Source: Candidatus Latescibacterota bacterium (GTDB lineage Bacteria; Latescibacterota; UBA2968; UBA8231). Taken from it: a DNA stretch of 64,000 nt. Position numbers and translations under genes: made by a program. Under the pieces are notes generated by a model. The model searched no databases and was not told the DNA's origin. It saw nothing but the letters and a program-made list of their open reading frames with translations. The stretch covers positions 4,992,001 through 5,056,000 of the forward strand of contig CBDETY010000003.1 of assembly GCA_965243025.1 (NCBI GenBank), written 5' to 3'. Positions 56,341-64,000 of this stretch are shown here, in pieces; position 1 is the first letter of the stretch, and every line of letters begins with the position of its first letter.

Positions 56341-56715
56341 ATGGTCCACAGGATCCACAAGATCGCCTTCGTTACCGACGACGTGGAAAGCGCCGTGCGG
56401 TTTTACACCGAAACTCTCGGACTCGAGGTCAGTGAGCGTTTCCCCAACGAGGATGACGACGACTACGTTTTCATGAAGAGTGGCGACATCATCCTCGAGC
56501 TGATGCCCGCAAAGTCGACGGGGAACCCTGTTGGGTTTCACCACGTATCCCTGGTGGTGGAGGATATCCAGGCGGCGACCGAGGAGCTTCGGGAGAAGGG
56601 GGTGACTATAACGAAGGAGCCCTTCGACGCGGGAGCGGGAGGCATCCACCTGGCTTTCTTCGAAGGGCCCAACGGGCTGAACCTGCAGCTGTTCGAACGC
56701 AGGCTGTCGGGGTAG
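56341..56715 (+). CDS. VOC/glyoxalase family protein
   Basis: FY...LGL, LELM, HHVSL.V.DI, GPNG..LQL motifs; GGAG RBS. Confidence 0.9.
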   Translation: MVHRIHKIAFVTDDVESAVRFYTETLGLEVSERFPNEDDDDYVFMKSGDIILELMPAKSTGNPVGFHHVSLVVEDIQAATEELREKGVTITKEPFDAGAGGIHLAFFEGPNGLNLQLFERRLSG

Positions 56716-56865
56716 GCCGGGCAGCTGTCTCAGGGCGAGCTGTCGCCGTAGGCCATCAGCTCCGAATGCGCTGATGCGCGCTGGACCGGGAGGCGGCCGG
56801 GATGGCCGCGGCAGGCAACAAAGCCGCTTTGAAACGCTGGATTTTCACTCGCGCCGCACCGGCCG

Positions 56866-56994
56866 TCAGTTGGGCCGGATCAGGCGGCGCCAGATGGCCG
56901 GCGCCTCACGCATCCGTCTGCGCTCGGCGTAGATCCTGAGCATTTCCACGACTTTGAGCCGTAGCGCCAGTTTGCGCAGGTCGACCCGGACCAC
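56866..56994 (-). CDS. Possible 42-aa basic small protein
   Basis: GTG start 7 bp after the upstream stop; MVRVDLRKLALRLKVVEMLRIYAERRRMREAPAIWRRLIRPN; GC3-biased codons. Confidence 0.4.
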   Translation of the reverse strand: MVRVDLRKLALRLKVVEMLRIYAERRRMREAPAIWRRLIRPN

Positions 56995-57001
56995 GCGGCT
57001 T

Positions 57002-60000
57002 CTACAACCCCCGTCCCACCAGTCCGAGACCGAAGTAGTACCGCCATTTGTCGATCTTCGGCTCGTCCGGCTCGCGCTCCACCCGATCGCGGTTGAGGGG
57101 ATGGGCGACCTGGAAGAATGCCCGCATCGGAATACGGTAGAAGGTGTACAGCTCCATGCGCACCTCTCCGCCGACGTCCGACAGGAACGAGTCGGTATCG
57201 AAGTCATCGAGCTTCAGGGTGCGGAAGTTGCCGACCGCCCCGGTCTCGGCAAACAGCTCGGCGTAGACCTTGGTGAAGTTGAAGTTCAGGAATCCCATGT
57301 CGAGACGGCGAAACAGGGGAAAACCGTAGGCAAAACGGCCGTACAGAAGCTTGGAGCCCGAACGCACGAAATACGGATATCCACTCAGGAAATTCCGTCC
57401 CCCCAGATAATAGCGCAGCGGCCAGTAGAAGCGGCCCTCGAAAAAACCTCCATCCACGGTGTAAGGTTTCACGCTCAGGTTGCGGTAGGCCGCAACGACC
57501 TCCCAGGTCAGGGTGTTTCGAAACGGCAGGCCCACCCTCTCGGTATAGGCGCCGACGTACTCGTTGACAGTAAACGGCCGCTTTGCGGGAATCAGCATGT
57601 CGCGGGGCATTCCGTCATCTACTGTAAAGGCGAGCGAATCGGCGAGGTTGGCCTTCATGTACCGGTAGATGAGGGCCATCGAGCGTCCGGTCGCGTTGAT
57701 CATGCGATCGGCGGTCGGTTTGACCCTGCGGTAGTTCCAGGCGAGCGTGAGATCGTTCGAAGTGTAAAAGTCGAGATCGTCATAGAAGGAGTAATGGTCG
57801 TCGGGAGTAACCGTGGTGGTGTCGAGACTGGTGAGGGAGGAGGGCAGGGTCCCGGTAATGTCGACGCTGTCCTGGATCACGAATATTTCGAGGCGCTGGC
57901 GATACCTGTGCAGCAGCCAGTTCTCGTCGTAGTTGCGGTTGGTGTACAACCCGGTCAGCTGTTGCCGCCTGCTGATCGGCAGATCGACCCCCAGGGACCA
58001 CATCTGGAAGACATCCTTGAACAGGTCCTTCCTCGAGAATCCTTCATAGATGTGCTGGGTGGCGTTAGGGATCAGCAGGTTTGCGGTGTCCACCGGGGCC
58101 GGGTAGATCGTAGATGCCACTGTATCTGCGAAAACCTCCACGCTGCTCCCGCGGATGATCCAGTCCACTTCGCGCCGCCGCCACCCCCCCCATAGAGTGG
58201 GGTTGAAAGTGCGGTTGTTGCCCACCGCAGGGAGCAACCGGCGCTCGGCGTAGAGGCCGAAATCGGTGTTGAGATCGGTGCTCTCTCGAAAGTTCTTGCC
58301 GAGAACTCCCCAGAAAACAAAGACGTCGCCTCCGAGGGTTTCACGAACGGAAACCTGGCCGCCGCCGCTGATCTGGTTGAGTCCGAAAGTATTGCCGACG
58401 AAGGTCGGTCCGACCTGAAACAGGGGAATGACGTCGAGCACGCGCCGTCCCCGGTAGCGGAACACGCTGTAGTCCTCCGAAAGTTTCGGCCCGCGAACCA
58501 CGGTTTGGTAGTCGCGGTCGGCAAGGGGATCCCAGTGGACTATGCGTTCCCCGGGTCCGTCGAGATCGAACTCGTAGAGGTCGAAGTTGTTGGCGTGGTA
58601 GCTCGCGTAGGTCACGCGCCCGTCGCCTGCCACGGTCGGCGAAAAAGCCCCGCCGAGAACGTTGGTGAGCTGCCGCACTTCCCCGGTCTCCAGTGTGTAC
58701 TGGTAGATGTTGAAGATCCCGGTGCGGTCGCAGGAGAAGACGAAGCCGCTGCCGTCGGGCAGCCAGTACGGATCGCGCTCGTCAGCGGACGATGCCAGCA
58801 GCGGGGTGAATCCCGAGGTGTCCGCCGCCGGGTAGGCGAGACTGTCGGGAAAAACCTTGAGCGAGTCCGGGGTGTCGTCTTTAGGGGGGCGCAGACCTGT
58901 TTTCTTGGGAAGCGGGGGGCTGTCCGCCCGCATCATGGCGATGTCGCGGTCTTCGCCGCTGAAGATGCTGAAGAGGATCCACTCGCCGTCGGGGGACCAT
59001 CGCGGCGCGTAGATCTGGGTGCGGTCGTTGTGGTTGGTGAGCTGGACGAGGTCGGTGCCGTCGGCATCGATCAGACAGAGGCTGTGATTGCCGTCGCGGA
59101 GGCGAACGAAAGCGATGCGCTCTCCGTCGGGAGAGACGTTCGGGTCCCTGGCGCGGAGGCGGGCGCTGATGCGGCGCTCCTCATCCTCTTCGATGTCGTA
59201 GACGAAGAAGTCGTTGTAGCCGCTCTTGTTGCGCAGAAACAGGATTTTGTCGGAGTCGGGAAACCAGGATATCCGCGTGTCGACGAATTCCTTGAGCACT
59301 TTCTTTTTTCGCGTTGCGAAGTCGTAGATGGCGACGTACGGGATGCGGTAATCCCGGTCCTGACTGGTGATGTAGGCGAGTTTCCTGCCATCTGGAGAAT
59401 ACGATGGGTGGTAGTCGATAACGCCTTCGTTGACATCTCCGAGTTCGTTACCCTCGAAGAACCCCTCCGCGACTATCTCCTCGACCTGCTGGCCGTACTG
59501 GTCCTCCATGAAGCGGACCCAGTCGTCGTACAGCTGATCGGCCGAAATGCCGAGCACCTTGCGGATCGCCGGGTCGAAGCTCAACGAGCCGACATGGTCC
59601 TGCAGTTCCTCGACCTTTTCCGTGCCATAGGTCGCCGCCGTGTATGTCAGGAGTCCGAAACCCTGGTTGTAGACCTGCTCGGCCCGGTAGCCGCCGGCGC
59701 GGTGACTCAGCCCCCCCATCTCGTTCAGGGTTGACAGATCGTCTTCGAGCACGGCCATCCGCAACAGCATGTCTCGATGGGAGTCCCAGGTGTCCCACCC
59801 GAACTGCGCGGGAGCGAGTTGGGCGATTCCCTCGACCCACCACGCGGGTGTGTTCAGGTAGTAAAGCGGGAAGTTGAAGCTGATGTCCGGATTGGAGTCG
59901 AACCTGGAGACCGAAAACAGGGCGATGCGGAAGGGCCACCGCTTGCGCGCCTTGTCCAGTGTCATGACGTGGGCGATCTCGTGGGTGAGGACGTTCTTGA

Positions 60001-60352
60001 TCCACGGGTGGTCGCCGCGGATCTCCCAGTCGAGGGCGGAAGCCCAGATGTAGACGGTGTTGCTGTAGTTGTCCGCGGCCCCGTTGCCGAAGTCGCTGTT
60101 GTCGAGAACGACAATGTGAATCGGAGAGTAATCGTCGTAATACCCGTACGCGGCAGCCAGCGGCGCGAATACCTCTTCGGCGACCTCTGCCACCCGCCGC
60201 GCCGTTCCCTCGGCGCCGGGAAAGTAGCTGATGACGTAGTGGTCGGTCTGAAAGCTGGTCAGCTGGGCTTCGGCAGGTGGCGCCAAGCCGAGAACCAGCG
60301 TGGGAATCGCCGCGTAAATCGCTGTTTTTCCGGTGGTTTTCAGAATTCGCAA
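57002..60352 (-). CDS. Zn-metallopeptidase (HExxH) + PD40/TolB beta-propeller + Omp85-like barrel protein
   Basis: Signal peptide, THEIAH...WWVEGIA gluzincin, SPDG repeats, YLGG...LSGY lid-like motif and C-terminal beta strands. Confidence 0.85.
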   Translation of the reverse strand: MRILKTTGKTAIYAAIPTLVLGLAPPAEAQLTSFQTDHYVISYFPGAEGTARRVAEVAEEVFAPLAAAYGYYDDYSPIHIVVLDNSDFGNGAADNYSNTVYIWASALDWEIRGDHPWIKNVLTHEIAHVMTLDKARKRWPFRIALFSVSRFDSNPDISFNFPLYYLNTPAWWVEGIAQLAPAQFGWDTWDSHRDMLLRMAVLEDDLSTLNEMGGLSHRAGGYRAEQVYNQGFGLLTYTAATYGTEKVEELQDHVGSLSFDPAIRKVLGISADQLYDDWVRFMEDQYGQQVEEIVAEGFFEGNELGDVNEGVIDYHPSYSPDGRKLAYITSQDRDYRIPYVAIYDFATRKKKVLKEFVDTRISWFPDSDKILFLRNKSGYNDFFVYDIEEDEERRISARLRARDPNVSPDGERIAFVRLRDGNHSLCLIDADGTDLVQLTNHNDRTQIYAPRWSPDGEWILFSIFSGEDRDIAMMRADSPPLPKKTGLRPPKDDTPDSLKVFPDSLAYPAADTSGFTPLLASSADERDPYWLPDGSGFVFSCDRTGIFNIYQYTLETGEVRQLTNVLGGAFSPTVAGDGRVTYASYHANNFDLYEFDLDGPGERIVHWDPLADRDYQTVVRGPKLSEDYSVFRYRGRRVLDVIPLFQVGPTFVGNTFGLNQISGGGQVSVRETLGGDVFVFWGVLGKNFRESTDLNTDFGLYAERRLLPAVGNNRTFNPTLWGGWRRREVDWIIRGSSVEVFADTVASTIYPAPVDTANLLIPNATQHIYEGFSRKDLFKDVFQMWSLGVDLPISRRQQLTGLYTNRNYDENWLLHRYRQRLEIFVIQDSVDITGTLPSSLTSLDTTTVTPDDHYSFYDDLDFYTSNDLTLAWNYRRVKPTADRMINATGRSMALIYRYMKANLADSLAFTVDDGMPRDMLIPAKRPFTVNEYVGAYTERVGLPFRNTLTWEVVAAYRNLSVKPYTVDGGFFEGRFYWPLRYYLGGRNFLSGYPYFVRSGSKLLYGRFAYGFPLFRRLDMGFLNFNFTKVYAELFAETGAVGNFRTLKLDDFDTDSFLSDVGGEVRMELYTFYRIPMRAFFQVAHPLNRDRVEREPDEPKIDKWRYYFGLGLVGRGL

Positions 60353-60396
60353 ATGTGGTCTACCTTTCTAATTTTTCTATACTTAGACGAGCGTTG

Positions 60397-60425
60397 AAGG
60401 TAACCGGACGGTTTTTGGATGTCAA
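60397..60425 (-). promoter_or_regulatory. Putative sigma70 promoter of the PD40/Omp85 gene
   Basis: TTGACA-N17-TACCTT about 45 bp upstream of the TTG start. Confidence 0.6.
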
Positions 60426-60597
60426 TCGACTGGAAGGGTGTATCGGGCCCCGGGAACAGCCTTTCCGCGGAGAGGGATTTTCGTCGCAGAACGGCTTCAG
60501 ACGTTCTCGAAAGGTCCCCTCGCAAAGATCAAGTGCTCCCCGGATTCCTCGCCGTTTCCCGGGCGTTTCGGAATCCCTGTCGCGCCTTCCCTGCCGA

Positions 60598-61734
60598 GTG
60601 AACGCGCCCTGGCACCTCGCCGCTGTCGCCGCGGCGTCGATGCTCGCCACCCTGGGGGCGGTTCCCCTGGCCCGGCGCCTGGCCCTTCGGGTGGGTCTGG
60701 TGGACGACCCGGGCAGCGCCTCTTACAAGTCACACCACAGCGTAACTCCGTACGGAGGCGGGCTCGCCATGTACGCCGCCTGCCTGCTTCCCGCCGCCGG
60801 CGCGCTGGCCGCGGTTCTGTACGACAACTCCGGCCTGCTCCGGGACGGTTCGGGCTGGATCAGCCCCTGGTCCCCGTACTGGGTCACGCCTTTCGGCAAC
60901 TTTCCCGCGACGGTCAAGGAGGTGAGCCAGGTCGCAGCCTTGTTCGCCTGCGCCTCGGTGGTCTGGCTTGTCGGCATGGTCGATGATTTCCGCGGGCTGT
61001 CGCCCCTGTTTCGCCTGGCGGCGCAGCTGGCGGTCGCCATCCTGCTGGCGGGGTGGATCCCGGGTTTCAGACTGCCGGTTGCCGGCTCCGAGCCGCTGTT
61101 TTCAGCGGCTCTCAGCGCATTCTGGATCGCTTCCATTACGAACGCCTTCAACATGCTCGACAACATGGAAGGGCTGGCGGCGGGAGTCGCGGCCATTGCC
61201 CTGTCCGGGTTGGTCAGTCTGTCTCTGGTATGCGGCCACACTCCGGCGGCGCTGCTGGGACTGCTCGTCATCGGTGCCGCGTGCGGCTTCCTGGTGTTCA
61301 ACTTCCCCCGGGCCACCGTGTTCATGGGGGACAGCGGGGCATTGTTCCTCGGTTTCGTCGCCGGCGGCCTCAGCGTCCTGGTCACCGGGCGACTCGCCGA
61401 AATCCAGGCTTTGGATGGCCAGGCCGTGCTTGTGCCGCTGCTCGTGCTCGCAGTGCCGGCATACGACCTCGCTTCGGTGGTGGCCATCCGTCTGTCGCGC
61501 AGAATCCCCCCCTGGCGCGGGGATCAGAACCACACCAGCCATCGCCTCGTGCGCCTGGGGCTGTCGCGCCGCGACAGCGTCCTCGTCCTGTACGGGGCGA
61601 CCGCGGCAGCTGTCGGGGCGACACTGCTGCTGACCCGGGCGCCCATTCCGGTCGCCATAGCGGTGGCGTCGGCGGCCGCACTCCTTGTCGGGGCCCTCGA
61701 CTTCGCTGCATTTCGCCGCGGTGCAAACCAGTGA
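60598..61734 (+). CDS. WecA/TagO-like polyprenyl-phosphate sugar-1-phosphate transferase (MraY family)
   Basis: TPYGGG, GMVDD, NAFNMLDNMEG, FMGDSG, D..H.SHRL motifs; start estimated. Confidence 0.9.
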   Translation: MNAPWHLAAVAAASMLATLGAVPLARRLALRVGLVDDPGSASYKSHHSVTPYGGGLAMYAACLLPAAGALAAVLYDNSGLLRDGSGWISPWSPYWVTPFGNFPATVKEVSQVAALFACASVVWLVGMVDDFRGLSPLFRLAAQLAVAILLAGWIPGFRLPVAGSEPLFSAALSAFWIASITNAFNMLDNMEGLAAGVAAIALSGLVSLSLVCGHTPAALLGLLVIGAACGFLVFNFPRATVFMGDSGALFLGFVAGGLSVLVTGRLAEIQALDGQAVLVPLLVLAVPAYDLASVVAIRLSRRIPPWRGDQNHTSHRLVRLGLSRRDSVLVLYGATAAAVGATLLLTRAPIPVAIAVASAAALLVGALDFAAFRRGANQ

Positions 61735-62396
61735 GGGACGCCTCTCTTCTGGGTGGAGGGTACGCCGGGTCGCGACCCCGGCCGTTGCCTACCGTAGAGG
61801 CGGTGCTCCGAGCCGCAGTCCCGGGCTCGGCAGCGGCTCGCCTCGCCGTCATCGCGGGGCCGCCCGGCTCCGGCAAGAGCAGCCTTGCCGGGGCCCTGCA
61901 GCGGCTGCTTCCCGGATCGTTTGTCGTGGACAAGGACTGGTGCTCCGGTCCCTTCATTCTCGAGATCGCCCGGCAGACCGCAACCCCGACGGAAGAAGCC
62001 TACGGCACCGATCTGTACTGGGAGCGGCTGCGCCCGATCGAGTACGGAACCGCCGTTGCCTTCGCCTGTGCCAACCTCGCGGGTGCGCGAACCGTATTCC
62101 TGGTCGGGGGATGGGGGCCGGAGCTGGGTGTCGAGCACCTGTGGACATCGCTGCGGGACAGAATCGCCCCTTCGAAGCTGGCCGTAATTCACCTCGACCC
62201 CCCCCGAGTCGAGGAGTGGCGGGGGCGCATGGCGGCGCGCGGGTCGCGCACCGACAGCCCCTGGTTCGAAGCGTTCTGCAGCGCCGTCGGCGAGCTCCCG
62301 GTGTGGGAGGGGGCAGTTCGTCTTTGCGGCGGCGGCTGCTGCAACGAGGTGGTGGAGCAGGCGCTTGCGGCGCTGGCCGCGCAGGAAGGAGGGTAG
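61731..62396 (+). CDS. P-loop (AAA_33/nucleotide kinase-like) protein
   Basis: IAGPPGSGKS Walker A, VVDKD, RM..RG lid; GTGA overlap with the upstream stop. Confidence 0.8.
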   Translation: MRDASLLGGGYAGSRPRPLPTVEAVLRAAVPGSAAARLAVIAGPPGSGKSSLAGALQRLLPGSFVVDKDWCSGPFILEIARQTATPTEEAYGTDLYWERLRPIEYGTAVAFACANLAGARTVFLVGGWGPELGVEHLWTSLRDRIAPSKLAVIHLDPPRVEEWRGRMAARGSRTDSPWFEAFCSAVGELPVWEGAVRLCGGGCCNEVVEQALAALAAQEGG

Positions 62397-62401
62397 AGGC
62401 G

Positions 62402-63664
62402 GTGCCCGCCCTGCACAGCGCTTTCGGATACGGTGCGCTGCTGCTGATCGCCTGGGCGTGCGGCACCCGCCGCGGCGGAGTTCCGGTGCGCGCCCTCGTC
62501 ATCGCCGCTGTGATGCAGGTGGGTTTCGCGGCTCTGCTCCTGCATACCGGCCTGCGACACCAGGTTTTCGCCCTGATCGGAGGGCTCACCGACCTGCTCC
62601 GCGAGACCGCCCTGAAGGCGAACGAGTCGCTGCTGTTCGCCGGACTCTCGAACCCTGACTTCACGACCGCGTACGGAGCGACGATCGCCCTCGAGATCGC
62701 CGCCATCCTCGTGTTCGTCGCATCGCTTTCCAGGGTCCTGTACCACTATCGGCTCCTTCCCTGGCTGATCCGGGCAATGAGCCGTTTCATGCAGCGAGCC
62801 TTCGGAATCAGCAGCGCCGAGGCCGTGGGAGTCTCCGCCAACATCTTCCTCGGCATGACGGAAGCGCCGCTGCTGATCCGCCCCTACGTAGCTGGCCTGA
62901 CCCAGAGCGAGCTTTTCTGCCTGATGACAGCCGGAATGGCGACGATCGCGGGGACGGTCATGGTCGTCTACGCGAGCATGCTGTCCGGGGTGGATGCGGA
63001 AATCGCCGGGCACCTTTTCACCGCTTCCATGATCAGCGCGCCGGCGGCGGTCGCCGTGGCGAAGCTGATGATGCCCGAGACAGGGCAGCCGGCGACTGCC
63101 GGAGTGGTCGCCCAGCTGCCCGAAGACGACACCCGCAACGGTCTGGATGCGGCCGCCCGCGGGGCGACCGAGGGGATGCATCTCTTCATTAATATCATGG
63201 CCATGCTGATTGCCTTCATCGGCCTCGTCGCTCTCGTCAACGCCCTGATCGGGCTTGCGGACAAGCTGGTGAACGGGGCTGAGGCCGGGGCGTGGAGCCT
63301 GCAGGCGGGTTTGGGGATCGCGCTGCGGATTCCCGCCTGGCTCATGGGCATTTCCTGGCAGGAAGCCGCCAGCGTTGGAAGGCTGCTGGGACTGAAGACG
63401 ATCCTGAACGAATTCGTCGCTTACGTGGAGCTTTCCCGGGTGATGTCGAGCGAGCCGGCCCCCCTGAGCCAGCGCGGCTTCCTCGTGGCGACCTATGCGC
63501 TTTGCGGGTTTGCCAACTTCGGTTCGGTGGCGATCATGATCGGCGGAATCGGGGGAATCGCCCCGGAGAGACGGCCCGATCTCGCCCGCCTCGGTTTGCG
63601 CTCCCTTGTTGCCGGAACCCTGGCGACAATGCTGACCGGGTGCGTGATAGGGATCCTGGCCTGA
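62402..63664 (+). CDS. nupC: Concentrative nucleoside transporter (NupC/CNT family)
   Basis: NIFLGMTEAPL, GMATIAG, NEFVAY, YALCGFAN signature motifs. Confidence 0.93.
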   Translation: MPALHSAFGYGALLLIAWACGTRRGGVPVRALVIAAVMQVGFAALLLHTGLRHQVFALIGGLTDLLRETALKANESLLFAGLSNPDFTTAYGATIALEIAAILVFVASLSRVLYHYRLLPWLIRAMSRFMQRAFGISSAEAVGVSANIFLGMTEAPLLIRPYVAGLTQSELFCLMTAGMATIAGTVMVVYASMLSGVDAEIAGHLFTASMISAPAAVAVAKLMMPETGQPATAGVVAQLPEDDTRNGLDAAARGATEGMHLFINIMAMLIAFIGLVALVNALIGLADKLVNGAEAGAWSLQAGLGIALRIPAWLMGISWQEAASVGRLLGLKTILNEFVAYVELSRVMSSEPAPLSQRGFLVATYALCGFANFGSVAIMIGGIGGIAPERRPDLARLGLRSLVAGTLATMLTGCVIGILA

Positions 63665-64000
63665 CAATCGCCTCGCCGGGGGGCATGAGCTGCCTTTTTT
63701 CGGGGGCAGCGAGGTGGGGGCGGGTTTTCATCATTCACATAACATATTGTAATTAAAGGAATTGCACTATTTACAGGCAGCGTATCGTGGCGCGGGGAAA
63801 GTTTCGCTGACCGGGGAGGAATGCAAAAAAACCGGATCTCGAAGCCTGTCGAAACGTCTTTTCAATGCTTAGATTAAAGTGGCGGTTTTCAAGACGAAAT
63901 TCAGTTTGTGAATGTTCCCATACTGGCTTTGAGAAATGGCAAAAGAACGCAAATCGGCGTATCGCTCCCAGTTTGACGGTCACCGCCGCCTCGCGGCGGC

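Noticed and set aside
63665-64000. Imperfect hairpin after nupC, an AT-rich tract and a 70-aa ORF at the window end
   Set aside because: The hairpin lacks a clean U-tract and the ORF has atypical composition; probably the regulatory region of a gene beyond the window.
1-64000. CRISPR array, prophage, autonomous transposase, rRNA
   Set aside because: No periodic repeat-spacer pattern, phage genes, DDE/HUH transposase motifs or rRNA signatures were seen.

Overview
GC-rich bacterial chromosome segment. The gene repertoire (Omp85 proteins, TonB/ExbBD, pheST-zapB-zapA-rny-ymdB, sulfatase/sugar-acid catabolism) suggests a diderm FCB-group organism such as Latescibacterota or Gemmatimonadota; this is an inference. 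Layout: 1-15 kb is accessory catabolism and transport (Gfo/Idh/MocA, enolase-family dehydratase, frameshifted MFS, acyl-CoA ligase and dehydrogenase, sulfatase, SDR, LarA-like racemase, sugar isomerase) plus a sigma54-promoted small ORF. 15-31.7 kb holds tRNA-Cys, tRNA-Leu, thyA, pheA, topA, an apparently catalytically dead XerC-like protein, map, nrdR-nrdJ with NrdR boxes, and a TPR-exbB-exbD-exbD-tonB cluster. 31.8-41.3 kb is the most intriguing part: a 1477-aa fusion of a degenerate M28 peptidase and a MacB/FtsX permease, coupled to two distantly paralogous OPT-like membrane proteins, with no ABC ATPase, divergent from an ECF sigma/anti-sigma pair. 41-64 kb is mostly core genes, plus two Omp85-type proteins and a wecA-like/P-loop/nupC operon. 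Two ~94% identical copies of a 168-bp CTAG-bounded palindromic MITE-like element are present. No rRNA, CRISPR array or transposase was seen. All calls come from motif reading only, without database searches.
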